DNA of 52,508 bases, counting the filler, from Piedraia hortae CBS 480.64 (taxonomy: Eukaryota): NCBI GenBank assembly GCA_010093745.1. It is 10 parts of 10 records of this genome, joined end to end, with 100 filler letters (N's around TTAATTAATTAA, not from the genome) between each part and the next. Parts side by side here need not be neighbours in the genome. Positions count along the whole stretch, not along the records: positions 1 to 12,439 come from MU006073.1; positions 12,540 to 20,665 come from MU006075.1; positions 20,766 to 26,024 come from MU006078.1; 7 more parts are not named here. The stretch is one strand, 5' to 3'. Positions 12,345-24,300 of this stretch are shown one piece after another. The first letter of the stretch is position 1. Each line of letters starts with the position of its first letter. A program made the translations under genes and the position numbers. The notes beneath the pieces are model-generated. The model had not been told where the DNA came from, searched no databases, and saw nothing but the letters and a program-made list of their open reading frames with translations.

Positions 12345-12439
12345 TATTATAATTGTGAGCAGATGTGTACCTGCATACAAATCTCTACGGAAAACTAGTT
12401 GACGCGTGAAGTCGAGAGCCGAGCGACGGTTACTAATAA
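12345..12439 (-). mobile_element. Copia LTR family A, contig-end copy
   Basis: TATTATAATTGTGAGCAG... is the reverse complement of the LTR 3' part. Confidence 0.9.
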
Positions 12440-12539
12440 NNNNNNNNNNNNNNNNNNNNNNNNNNNNNNNNNNNNNNNNNNNNTTAATTAATTAANNNNN
12501 NNNNNNNNNNNNNNNNNNNNNNNNNNNNNNNNNNNNNNN
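12440..12539. other. Artificial contig linker (N44-TTAATTAATTAA-N44)
   Basis: Six-frame stop linker; the same 100-bp linker occurs at 20666-20765, 26025-26124, 30860-30959, 35589-35688, 40290-40389, 44944-45043, 48372-48471 and 50448-50547. Confidence 0.98.
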
Positions 12540-12635
12540 ATTATTAGTAACCGTCGCTCGGCTCTCGACTTCACGCGTCAACTAGTTTTCCGTAGAGATT
12601 TGTATGCAGGTACACATCTGCTCACAATTATAATA
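12540..12635 (+). mobile_element. Copia LTR family A, contig-end copy
   Basis: ATTATTAGTAACCG...CACAATTATAATA. Confidence 0.9.
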
Positions 12636-13440
12636 CAGATCTCACCCGTGATGAGCGCGCGTGGCTCTTAGAGGTGTTTGAAGACTTACTGCAGCGGTGA
12701 CAGCGTCCTAATTCACGCTCACGTCCGCGATCGGAACTGGGTGGATGTTTGTCTCTTTTCTTGGCGCGGGTGAGTTGGAGTTGAAGGAGAGAGCTTGGTG
12801 AGGGAGAAGGAAGGGCACTTATTAAGGACTTCTCTTGACAGGTTCAAGCTTCAAGCTTGAACCTGTTGAACGCCTGGGTCATCGATTACACGCGATTGGC
12901 AGTCGGACGTCGCTTTCCAGCAGAGATACCTCACAACATGTATTGACCTGCACAGGGATGATGGAGGGAATGTGACAGACACTAAGCAAATGAGATAATT
13001 AGCTTCCTATTGATGTCCTCCCTGATGGAATGACTCTATCTCAATGAGGGCCGACCCTTTTCTAAGGAACCATATGACACTGGCTGCGTCGAACGCATAG
13101 AGAAGAAATGCGTCAAATAATCACAGAGCACTGGCACCTACGCTTTCTCATCGCAAATATCTTAGCTCTCATCGGAAGTTTTCTTTAACCTCTTCACTGC
13201 GTCTAGCCAAGAGCTCACTTATCAATATCAAGGTTGTTTGCTGTTAATCCTGCTCGCATGGACCCTCATTGTCGTAAGGACGCGAGTACATGTAGCAGGA
13301 GATTTATACTGGTGATGGTCCGCTACTCTGAATAACTAACAGACAAACATCTCCTACTCTTTACAACAGACTAACAATCTCCTTGCATTAGAGCCAGCGC
13401 TACATTTGATAACCAAACCCCGGTAATATCTTGCAATTAG

Positions 13441-13705
13441 TATTATTATAGTGAGTAGTGTTGATGTTATTCGGGAGCCAGTCCCGATAGGGCTAGGGTG
13501 GCTAGTAACCTCATCTCCTCTAGAGTCTTAAAGAAACGGTAGCGGCAACAACATTGTCTTTCATGTCACTTCCCATTCCTATATTCACTAAGTAGATGTG
13601 TACCAGTATGCATACAAGTCTCTACGGAAAACTAGTTGACGCGCCAAGTCGAGAGCCGAGCACCGATTACTAATAATGCGGGTAATATACTGCATTTTCA
13701 CAACA
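13441..13705 (-). mobile_element. Solo LTR family A (older variant) carrying a nested insertion
   Basis: 13441-13458 and 13596-13705 rejoin to an LTR A copy ending TTCACAACA; flanked by TSD ATTAG (13436-13440, 13706-13710). Confidence 0.85.
13459..13590 (+). mobile_element. Nested probable solo LTR family B (132 bp)
   Basis: TGTTGATG...ATATTCACTA flanked by AGTAG direct repeat (13454-13458, 13591-13595). Confidence 0.8.
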
Positions 13706-14059
13706 ATTAGCTTAGGCTGTCTCATTGAAAATCTATCAAATTAGGCAATCAATCCATCAAAGTTCTCAACGCACGAATTTATCAAATATCTTCAGCCATG
13801 AAACAAGCTGATTTTAATTTCGCAAGGAGTTAGATCTTGTTTTCCTGACAGGAATCATGCCGTGAATTAAGTTAACGGTCCTACGCACCCTTATCCACGC
13901 TCTCACAACGGACAAACCTTTCCTTCCTGATATTCACAGAGCAAGTGGGGAGGGAGGCCACCTTTCAGCGTCCTCCATTTCGTGATTGCGCATAGACTAA
14001 GGCGAGGGATAATATGCTCTACTCATCTTAAGTGATCATGCTGAGGTGCATTGTGCCAT

Positions 14060-14308
14060 GTTAGTTTGTACTAAACTTGAATCTTGTGTACTATGTGAAA
14101 GATTTTCCGTACTTTTGATAAGAGTTTTCTGTATTCAAATTTGATTTTTGTGTACTTTGTGAATGTTTTATCGTATTGCAATTAGAATTTGGTGTATGAA
14201 CGTATAAGTTTTCTGTACTCCAACAAACTCCTCACGTAAGCTGTGAAAGTTTTTCGTACTTTAGAATACTTCACACGAAACTCATACCACATTTTGCGTA
14301 ATTTTGAT
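14060..14308. repeat. Degenerate ~21-bp tandem array (about 12 units, core TTTTNYGTACT)
   Basis: GTAC/GTAT/GTAA-type cores start at 14068, 14088, 14109, 14131, 14152, 14173, 14194, 14215, 14236, 14256, (14277), 14298. Confidence 0.7.
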
Positions 14309-15253
14309 ACAAGGTGTGTCCAGGGGATCGGGCCGCGGTGCCGTTCTGGCACACCCATTCCCCGCGAATTTCCACCAAAACCACAACACGCTGGCCACAC
14401 TGGCCAAAATGCATCGGGAAGTAGGCTGGCGCCATCACTAGAAATACCGGCGCCACCCTGAAGCTCTCGGGCATAGGACTGGAGCTTAACACCTTGATAT
14501 CGGCCGCCGAGTACATCGCGCGAGGCGCCGTGGCCAACGAGATCGCGATCGCCCACGCTAGATAGCCACCGGCCGGTGGGCACCCGCAGGCGAGAACAGC
14601 GTAGGAGTGGATGGTAGCGAAATTCCGGTACACAAGCGGCCCTTCGTGAATACCATACGAACTTACAGCGTCCACGACGGGCTGCTTGTGGTTGATCGAT
14701 ATTTGAGTGGTACCTACCCACAGGACAGCAGGATGCGAGTCTATGATGTCTGGATAAGTGCAACAACATAGCAGCGGCGCGCGGGAAAGTCGAGATTAGC
14801 CAAATACGAGCTCCTCTCTCTGTTGGGTTGCGGGAACTAGACATAGGTGTTCAGGGTTCTACTGTCCACAGCTACTTGGGTGTTTGCTACGAGATTAGAG
14901 AGATGTTTGCACCTGCCGGCCTCACTTCTCCGATCCACTTTGAACGTCACTTGACCGGATTGAACATGAATCCATCGACCATTTGACAAGATTGAAGCGA
15001 GCGATGACAACTACGAAGTGGTCATGCTGCCGCGTTTTGGCACATCGTGTCCTGTTCGATGACAGAGACTCAACAGTGGGGAAAAACAAACAAATGCTGA
15101 GGTCGCTGGGACCAAGCCAGCCGCGTTTCTGAAAACATTCTTAGGAAAGGAAGCGGAAGGCAACGCCGTCATCACTAAAGCTACACCCCTTACACATTCC
15201 TCCGACAACATCGTGCACTGGTCTGCGGCGGAGGTACGGTACTGCTGTAGAAT

Positions 15254-15445
15254 ATGGATATTGACAACCTCACAAATATGTCACAGGTACGTGACAGCAA
15301 CGGCAAGATCACAGAGATCGCCCGAAAAGCTCACAGTCTCCTTGGCCATTGCTTTCGCTGCAATGAACCCGGTCACCTCGCTCAGGACTGCAAAACCTCA
15401 TGTCAACCCCGAGTAGTTCGCGCCATGGAGACAGACCTCGCATGA
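15254..15445 (+). pseudogene. Ty3/Gypsy-type gag relic with CCHC zinc knuckle
   Basis: MDID...LGHCFRCNEPGHLAQDC (CX2CX4HX4C) typical of fungal Gypsy gag C-termini. Confidence 0.65.
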
Positions 15446-17060
15446 GAAACCCAGAACAATTAGGCAAAATACTAACTCTGGTTCATGATGGAAAAGTGGC
15501 TCGGAATATTGATAGTAGGGCGGCGTGATACACTGCTAGCATCCATCCGGCACACATCAAGGTGTACTCAGCGCTATGCACCATCGCCAGGGAATGTGGA
15601 AGGAAAATTCTAAAAGCGTGAGAAGAAAACGAATATCTCGCCGTCGCGCGGGGTCTTGGGACAAGTGGAGATGGGACTTTCTCCTCCAGTACCCAATGGA
15701 AACGGTAGAAGTCATGGGAAGCATCAAGGGAGACCAGCACAGACGACACAACGATCGAAGCCGTTCACCGAGAACATCACTCACACTGACGGGTCCATGC
15801 TAGCAGGGCTGTTGCTTTCACTCCGGAAGTTCGAGATGAATGTGCGGTTTGCGTCCGAGATTCTTCCCAAGCGCGGCAGATTGGCTGAGGTTGACCGTCT
15901 GTGGCCCAAAGTCATTTGTTTGAGCGTCCTTCGGCTACAACCATAGCTCCCTTCACGCCTTGTTTTATGGGTGCGAGATTCCACATCCCCAGAAGTAGAC
16001 GCATGATAAGGGCTATCCCGATGACTCCGGCGGGCAGCTTGCCTTCACCATCCCCACCGCGAAGGGGATGACAAAGATCCGCCCAGACACGGTCCCTTTC
16101 ATCAAGCAGAGCAACATTCTGGAAACCTATTCCGGCACAGGCTTCAAGGCTGTTTCAGAGAATGGAGAGCTTCTCCGTCCAAGTTTCCAGAACCTTCTTG
16201 CTCGATGCTCGGAATCTGGTTACAAAAGAAACCTTCGACGTCATGCAAGTTGCAATCAACTTTCGGAACGATGGTGTAAAACAAGTCCAAAGTTCCAAGC
16301 ACAGTGCCTTGGAGGCTTGGATCGTTAAATTGGATGGGAGGCTTCGCATGCACACCCGCCAAATACATGATCAATTCTCTTGTCGAAGGAAGTATCATTG
16401 CGTTTGAAGCCGAGAACGTCACAAAGCGAATCATCACGGGAGCAGTGCATGTGGTGTTACGGACAACATGGCCGCTTACTTCCACTCTTTGAGTGATAAC
16501 TAACCTTGCGGAGTTTTTTTGTGGCAGTAGCGTAGGTCGAAGAGGTGACAAAGCATGACGGTGACTGTCCCTTTGAGGGATCCACAGTGCACCAAAGAGT
16601 GGGCTTGTGCGTTCAATATACGAGCATCGCGGCCACGAACTTTCATCGTTGCTGAGGAAAATCCTTTGCAACATTCCAAGAACGATGAACTTACCCTGAA
16701 TGGGAAATGCCCTGCATGAGGGTTGCACTGAAGTGCACCCTATCAGCGCGAGCCACAGCCTCGTGGGGCCAGTGTCTCAGATAGTAATGTTTGTAACACT
16801 TTGGCCTGTTAACTCCTAACAGAGCGTATGCCAGACGGAGCAATGACCAGAACCTTTTGAGGTCAGAAAAGTACACTTTCTCAAAGGTGATACGAAAGAG
16901 GAGAACGGCCGAGCACCTACCCATAATGTGGGTGCACAAATACGAACTTGACGAGCTCGGAAACATTGTCAAGTATAACGCCCAGTCATCCGACGACGCA
17001 AACCATTGAGAGCAAAGCTTCTATTGTTCTCTTCATGAACCGGCACAAACTCTGGAATAA

Positions 17061-17252
17061 TTGCCAGGTTGCGAAATCATCTATCACAGATTACTCTGCG
17101 TCAGAGGCGACATGCGGGATATTAAAGCCTCAACACTCGCCGACAGGGCATTTCGTCCTATTTGTGGTTTTGTCACCGTCTACGACATGGAAACAGAACA
17201 ATGCGATGTGGTGAACGCATTCCCTAAAGCGTGCGTCTTCTCTACATCATGA
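17061..17252 (+). pseudogene. Ty1/Copia reverse transcriptase relic
   Basis: RLLCVRGD...ASTLADRAFRPICGFVTVYDMETEQCDVVNAF resembles the Copia RT N-terminal ARLxxRG...QxDxxxAFL motifs. Confidence 0.65.
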
Positions 17253-18842
17253 TTTGTTTCGTTCATCCGTCCAGAAGCCAAACAGACCCGTTATGTTGTG
17301 ACGTGCCGCAGCAGATCTGGCCAAGGCGGTCTCAATGGGTACCGACACATTCAACCTTCGGGAAGAACATGCCAAACTCGAATGTGGGCAACAATCATCG
17401 ACAATCTAAACTCAACTCTTGCGTCGTCCACGTGCTCACTCACGTCCCAAGAAGGGTGCGCAATTCCCGTCTTGCGCGATTCCCTCTCAGTCGTCTCTCC
17501 TGAAATCACGATATCGATAAATCAACACCTGCTAGGATATGTTTGGCATTCAAACCGTCATGCGAACTCTCTTGACACGACGAATAACAAAACCGTAAGA
17601 TCCAGCCTCGCCCACCCATCCCGATGTGGCTGGTGGTGTAAATATATGGTTCCCATTGATTGCTTCGATCCAGCGGACAACTGATTAGTGTCTACGGGAT
17701 TCATATTTCCAGCACTTCTGCAGCAGGGAATGCAAAAGGAAATCCCCAAAGGAGGCAGGACAAGCGTTTTCGGCCTGAGGCTCGTCAAAAGGCCAGCTCT
17801 GACGCAAACTCGCGCGTCAGAGCTGGCTGCAAAAGTGCTACGCATGCATAGTGCTCATCTCCGGCAGGCTTGACATGTGTACCTAGCAACATGTCCCTAC
17901 CGTCGTTGATACAGGAGCCTCAGGGTTCGCTCTCAAGCACAATTCCCGTTCCGTGCCCTTCCACTCGTGGGGCTTTCCAATGGAGCGCGTTCATGACATC
18001 ATTCAAACCTCACCTTTGCAAAATACCCAGCGGGTCATGGCTTCATCGTCAACAAGTCGAAGTGTTCTAATAAGCAGCGGCACCTCACAGGTGTGTCAGT
18101 ATATACGCGTATCTAGAGCTACACAAGAAAATTTCTGAGTATTCGAACCCTGGTCAGGGATGTGGGTCATCACCTGCGGATCGCTCCGTGGCGACCTGCA
18201 CAAAACGAAGTATGTTTTTGAGCTTTGGCTCAAGAACTTCTGGCCACTGGAGAAAGAGTACTGTGTCTACAATGGCAAGCAGGACGCCCCACTGCCACCG
18301 CTGGCAAGGCGCCAGTCTGATCAAGACGTACATGCCCAGAACCTGGCGATCCATGTGGTGCCGGAGGGGCTTTACGCCCGCGAGTGTACGATGACGTGAG
18401 AGGTACGGAGGTGAGAAGGTGAAGTTAGAAGGATTCTAAGGTCGAACGGCTAGGAGTCCTCTGTAGACAGAAACATGCTAGACGACGGCATCCTAATCGA
18501 TTCTCGATACAACGTCGGAAGATTGTGATAGGGAGTTGAAAGAACGTTGTGCGTGAAAAGGACACTGAGCTAACTGTGTATCGAACTTGAACGTGAACAT
18601 GGGGATGTTCACCTTAAGGATGTCGAGGCGTTGGCGATACAGGTGCCGACACCCAAAGGGGCCGGTTCTGCAAGAAAGATCTTCACGGAAGTAGACTGAA
18701 GGGGGGTCTCCAGAGATAAATCCTTGAACGCGAGGGAGAATGACTCACCACACAGAACGACACCGCCTCCCGTCATACCTCGCTCCTCTTACCCGCATAC
18801 CCAACAATTATGCAACATCACCATCCACCTGATTGTATAGTC

Positions 18843-20080
18843 TCACCCTTTATCCCTCATTCCCATATCAACAACCCTCCTCTTCCACTCACACCTATTC
18901 TTCCACTCACAACTCAAACACTTAACTCCCTCCTCTATATCCACCCCTCTAGGCGGCCTCTCCCCACGCCACCACTCCAGCACACGTTTCACATACCCCT
19001 CCACCTCACGCTCATCAAATTCAAACTCCACCATCTCCCGCACAATCCCATTCTTCTGATCACGATACTCAACGCGAAGCGTCCCTCCCACCTCAACCCC
19101 ATCCCCCCTCAAAAGGGCGTACTTTCTCTCCATCTCTCCCCAAAGCCCCTCCAAGGTCCACGCCCCTGTCCTCCCAACCTGCATAACCGTCCCCTCCGAA
19201 ACCTCCTTCTTGGGATCCAACCCCAGCCTAGTCAAAACCCGTTTCCCCTCCCCCCGCCCATCCACCAACCCCCTGAACAGCATGAAATAAACCATAAGCT
19301 GCGCCCTCACCCCCCTCCGCGCCCAAGGGGCGCGCACCGCCTCCCGTCCTCTCGTCTTGACATCCCCCAACAACACCCTATTATCCCTCACTTCCAAAAA
19401 ATCAATCTTCCCCGACACAACTTGGTGCTCAATCACCCCCCAAACCTCCAACTCCCTCACCTCCCCCTCCCCCCTCAGCGCCGCTAACGCGGAGATACAG
19501 TTCCACAGCCTAAGCGCGAAGCGATCCTCCCTCGTCCACACGTCGATGGGGCGGGTTATGGTGTTTATTCTTTCGAGGGAGGTGTGAATTCGTGTCCCCG
19601 CGCGGGTGTATTTTGTTTGGCGCGGACGGGTGTGATGCGTTAGAGATAGGGAGTATTGGATTTCGCACCATAGGGGAGACACGAGGTCGGTTGTTGTTAG
19701 GGGTTTGGAGGAGCGGTGGAAGGTTAGAGGCGATGGGGGGGTTGTGAGGGGGAAGGCGAGGGGGAGAGTCGTTGGCGCAGCCGCTGACGTAGCCGCTATC
19801 GCGGGGAAGGATAGGGATGCTGCTTGCACCGGATCTGGGACATCATTTTGTAGACCCTCCGCCAGTTGGGCTACGTACCTGATTAGTTTCCCCTTCTGGG
19901 TCAGTTGGTTGTTTTGGGTTCATGACGGGGGGACTTACTTGTTTGGGTGGATGGCAGGAGGGATGCTTCGCGGGTTTCTTGGCCTTGGGTTCCCGCCCTT
20001 TGGGATGCGCAAGGGGTAGATTGTGAGAGAAGGTTCTCAAGAAGAGCTTCGTCGATCTCGCTGCCATAGTCGGAGGCCAT
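18843..20080 (-). CDS. EXO5: Exonuclease V (Exo5/Dem1 family, Fe-S PD-(D/E)xK nuclease), 2 exons
   Basis: TDLVSPLWCEIQ, GTRIHTSLE, RELEVWG..SGKID..DVKTR, QLMVY, KCLSCEW..RCEW; start MASDYGSEIDE at 20080; in-frame intron 19938-19871 (GTAAGT...CTAAT...TAG). Confidence 0.88.
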
Positions 20081-20606
20081 TTGGTTGATTGATAGTTCCA
20101 AAAGAAGGTTTATGGTGGGCCAATTGCCACTTTACCTATCGCGGTTCCAAGCCTGCCTGGAGGGGGAGATGGAGGTGGAGTTGGCGGTGTCACATTTATC
20201 ACATTGTAACATCACGTCCAGTCACAACGTCATCGGGCACATCGCAATGTCACAACCAGCAAATCACATCGGGAGGTGAAACTCAATCCAACCACTGCGA
20301 TGAACTGAGTTCACAGTAGTTGGCTGGCGTCTACCTATGTCCTGGCTGGGATCTCCATGGCGCAGTTGGCCTTACCACTGTTACCCTTCCAACTGAGAAG
20401 CAGCAGACTGTAGGTAATCGCACGTAGACTACAGACTGTAGGCTACAGCCATTCTCACGGATTGTCATTCCAGCAGATCGGTCTTCAAGCACGATGACAT
20501 ATCACGGACTTCCCAAAGAAGCCACCCGCAAACAAAGTCGTTTGTCTGCCCTCTGCATCAATTCAATCAGAACCTACCAAAGTCCCACTTCTGCGTACAG
20601 CCATAA

Positions 20607-20665
20607 TATTATAATTGTGAGCAGATGTGTACCTGCATACAAATCTCTACGGAAAACTAGTTGAC
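20607..20665 (-). mobile_element. Copia LTR family A, contig-end copy
   Basis: 59-bp match to the LTR 3' end. Confidence 0.9.
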
Positions 20666-20777
20666 NNNNNNNNNNNNNNNNNNNNNNNNNNNNNNNNNNN
20701 NNNNNNNNNTTAATTAATTAANNNNNNNNNNNNNNNNNNNNNNNNNNNNNNNNNNNNNNNNNNNNCACGAGAGCGAC

Positions 20778-21311
20778 ATGCACAGGCTGGAGCGCGACGA
20801 TCAGCTGGCGCTGACGCGAGCCCGAACCGAGTTCATCAAGGGCATGCCGGAGCGCATCACCGCCAGCTTCAATCCGATCAGGGCGGAGATGCGGTTGCTT
20901 GCCGAACGGATCGACAGGCATCCCCGTCTGGATGCCATCGACGAACGGCAGCGCGACCACACCGAGGCGTTACGGGAGAACACCGCCGCCATCAGGAGCC
21001 TCGAGCAGCAGCCCCGGACAAAGGTCAGCTACACCGTCTGGGACAGGGACTGGTCGGGTCGCAAAGTGGGTGCGGCGCTGTCGGTCGTCTGGTTGCTCTG
21101 CGTCGGCAGCTATTTCTTTGCCGCGATGGCGCTGCCGCCGTCGTGGTTCGCCGTCCGCTCGGCCAACTATCTGTTGGGCGGTGGGGATCAGGCGGTCTGC
21201 GCGCTCGTGAATTACCGGCTCGCGACCGACAGCTGCCGGACGCAGTTCGAGGGCAAGGCAGGCAGGATTACCGTCCGGGCAAAGCCCGGCACCCCGCCGG
21301 GCAAACAATGA
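20778..21311 (+). CDS. Bacterial plasmid mobilisation-region membrane protein (coiled coil plus TM helix), possibly 5'-partial
   Basis: High-GC ORF with a hydrophobic segment; stop overlaps the relaxase start (ATGA at 21308-21311). Confidence 0.6.
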   Translation: MHRLERDDQLALTRARTEFIKGMPERITASFNPIRAEMRLLAERIDRHPRLDAIDERQRDHTEALRENTAAIRSLEQQPRTKVSYTVWDRDWSGRKVGAALSVVWLLCVGSYFFAAMALPPSWFAVRSANYLLGGGDQAVCALVNYRLATDSCRTQFEGKAGRITVRAKPGTPPGKQ

Positions 21312-24300
21312 TCTCGGTCGCTGCGGTCGGTTCGGCCTCTGACGCAGCCGCCTATTACGCCCGGGACAATTATTACACCGCCGATCAGGCAAAAGGTGCC
21401 AGTGCCTGGGCAGGCGAGGGGGCGGCCGAGCTGGGTCTGTCCGGACCGGTCGACGCCGAGCGGTTCGAACAGGTGCTCTCCGGCAAACTGCCCGACGGTA
21501 CCGTGCTCGATGCCAAGCGGGGTGAGCACCGGGCGGGCTGGGACGTCACTATGTCCGTGCCCAAGTCGGTATCGGTCCTGGCGCTGGTAGGCGGTGATGC
21601 GCGGCTGGTGACGGCGGTGCGGGAGGCGGCCGCGGCGACCCTCGCGTGGACGGAACGCAACATCGCGGAAGCGCGGGTCTGGAACGGTAGGGGACAGGTG
21701 CCCGAGGTGACCGGCCGGTTCGTCGCCGCGACCTTCCTCCACGACGTGAACCGCAGCGGCGAGCCTCAGCTCCACGTTCACAACGTCATCGCCAATGCGA
21801 CCCGCACCGCCGACGGCAAGTGGCGGGCGCTGCACGCGGACCAGCTGTACGAGCGCCAGCACGTTATGGACGCGGTGTTCCTGTCCGTGTTGCGCAGCCG
21901 GGTCGAGACGCTCGGCTTCGCCACCATTCCCCGGCACGACGGCCGCAACGGCGCCTTCGAGATCGCTGGCGTGTCGCGTGCGGTGGTGGAAGCATTCTCC
22001 GGCCGCTCGGCGCAGATTGACGCGTACATCAAGGATCGCGGGCTGGATAACACGCCGCAGGCGCGGGAGATCGCGGCGCTGGCGACCCGCGACCCCAAGA
22101 CGCCCGAGCTGGCGCCAGAGCAGCGCGCGGAAGGGTGGCGAGCATTGGCCGCGGAGAAGCGGCTGGATCCGGCACCGATGGTGAAGGACGCATTGGCGGA
22201 AGCGGCGCGGGGTGAGACGGTGTGGACGCGCGCGATGCGGGGCGTGCGCGGAGTAGGGGAGCGCGGGCTCGCCATCGCGGGCCGCATGGGGCTGACCCCG
22301 CGCGACGGCGACCCACTGGTACCCGAGCGTCTCGGCCGGCTGAGCCCGACCGCCTTTGCCGCGGCGCAGGCGGTCGCGTCCGCGGTGCGCGACCTCGGCG
22401 AGCGCGAGGCGGCGTTCGACCGGCTGGAGCTGATCCGAGAGAGCCTGACGCGAGGCGGGCCGGTTACGGTCGCCGACGTCGAGGCGCGGCTGGCGCTGCT
22501 GCAGGAGAAGGGCCTGCTGCTCGGCGACGGCGACCGCATGGTGACCACGCGAGGAGCGGTGCAACTCGAGCAGGCCTATCTCGCTGCGGTCGAGGCGGGG
22601 CAGGGGCGGTCGGCAGCGATCGTTCCGCCCGGCACCGCCGCAGTTCGCGCTCAGGAGGCCGCGCGCGAGCTGAACCTGCACCGGCTCAACCCGGGCCAGG
22701 AAGCCGCGGCCGTGCTGATGTTGTCCTCGTCCGACCGGGTGGTGAACGTGCAGGGCGGGTCGGGGCGGGGCAAGTCGACCGCGATGGCGCCGGTAACGGC
22801 GGTAGCGAGGGCGGAAGGCCGGGCAGTGATCGGGCTCGCCGTCGCGAGCGTCAAGGCGAGCGAGTTCGGGCGCGACACTGGTGCCGACGTGAGTACGGTC
22901 GCCCGCTTCCTCGCGCGCCATGAGCGTTTGATCGACGGCACGGCCCGACCGGAGCAGCTCGCCCGCGTGAAGGCGGAGCTGGCAGGTGCGATCATCATGG
23001 TCGAGGAGGCCGGCCAGGTCGGCACGCGCGACATGGCGCGGATCGTGCGGCTCGCCAACATCACCGGCGCAGCCCGCGTTGTGCAGACCGGCGACACCCG
23101 CCAGTTGACCGCGATCGCGGCCGGTAAGCCGTTCGAGGCGAGCCGGCGGGCTGGCGTCGCCACGGCCCACATCACCGAGAACCTGCGCTCCAGATCCGAT
23201 CAGATGAAGGCGGTCACGGCCGCGCTCGACCGCGGCGATGTATCAGGCACGTTCGACGTGCTCAGGTCCGCCACGACCGAGGTGCCGGGCAACGAGGTGG
23301 CGACCACGGTCGCGGCGCGCTGGGCAGCGCTGCCGAAAGACGAGCGCGACGCCACGCTGCTGCTGACCGCCGGCCGCGCCATGCGGAGCGAGGCGAACCG
23401 GGCGGTGCAGGCCGAGCTGAAGGCGAGGGGCGAGATCGCCGCCACAGGCACGCCGTTCACCGTGCTCGACCGGGTCAACGCCACCAGGGAGGGTGCGCGG
23501 CTGATGCGCGCCTATCGGCCCGGCCACGTGGTCGAGGTCCGCACCAACCTGCCTGCCCAAGGCCTGGTACGCGGCGACCGCGGTATCGTGACCGCCGTCG
23601 AGGGCGACCGGGTGCGGCTCGGCATGGCGGACGGGGCCGAGAAGCTGTTCCGGCCAGGCCGGCTCGCGAAGAACCTCGACCGCGATGCCGTGTCGATCTT
23701 CGCATTGAAGCAGGTCGAGCTGCACGCCGGCGACCGCATCCGCTGGAGCGACAACGACCGGGCCCGCGGTCTCGACAACGGCGCCATGGCGCGGGTGAAG
23801 GAGGTGGGCCGGGGCAGGCTCGTAGTATCCTCGCTCGTCGACGGCACCGTGCACGAGATCGGGCCGGGAGACCGCATGGCCGAGCGGCTGGACCTTGCCT
23901 ACGCAATCAACGTCCACGTCGCGCAGGGCGTCACCACCGAGCACGGCATCGTGGCGATGCGTTCGTCGGAGCGGAAGCTGCTCACCGAGCGCTCGTTCCT
24001 GGTCGCGCTCACCCGCGTGGCGGACAAGGTGGCGCTGGTGCTGGACGACGCGCGTAGGGTCGAACGCAGCGTCACCCGCAACACCGGCGACAAGACTTCG
24101 GCGCTGGATGTGGTCGAGCGCGGGCAGGCGCCCGATATCATCCGGCTGCCGGACGCGGGCTCACCGCTCGACCAGGCGCTGGAACGCTATGCCCAGCTGT
24201 TCCTGGCGGCCGAGCGGATGCGGGAGGACGGGCGGGAGCTATCGTCGTCCGAGATGCGCGAGCTGGACGCGGCCTCGGCCGCGCTCGACCGGGTGCGGCC

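Noticed and set aside
12484..12495. Recurring TTAATTAATTAA motif
   Set aside because: Always centred in a 100-bp N block; an assembly linker with stops in six frames, not biology. Adjacency across linkers is meaningless.
18810..19487. His/Pro-rich 225-aa ORF
   Set aside because: Antisense shadow of the G-rich EXO5 coding strand.
21212..23170. Long antisense or alternate-frame ORFs in the bacterial contigs (also 43595-44995, 41926-42990)
   Set aside because: Shadow ORFs expected in high-GC DNA opposite well-supported genes.
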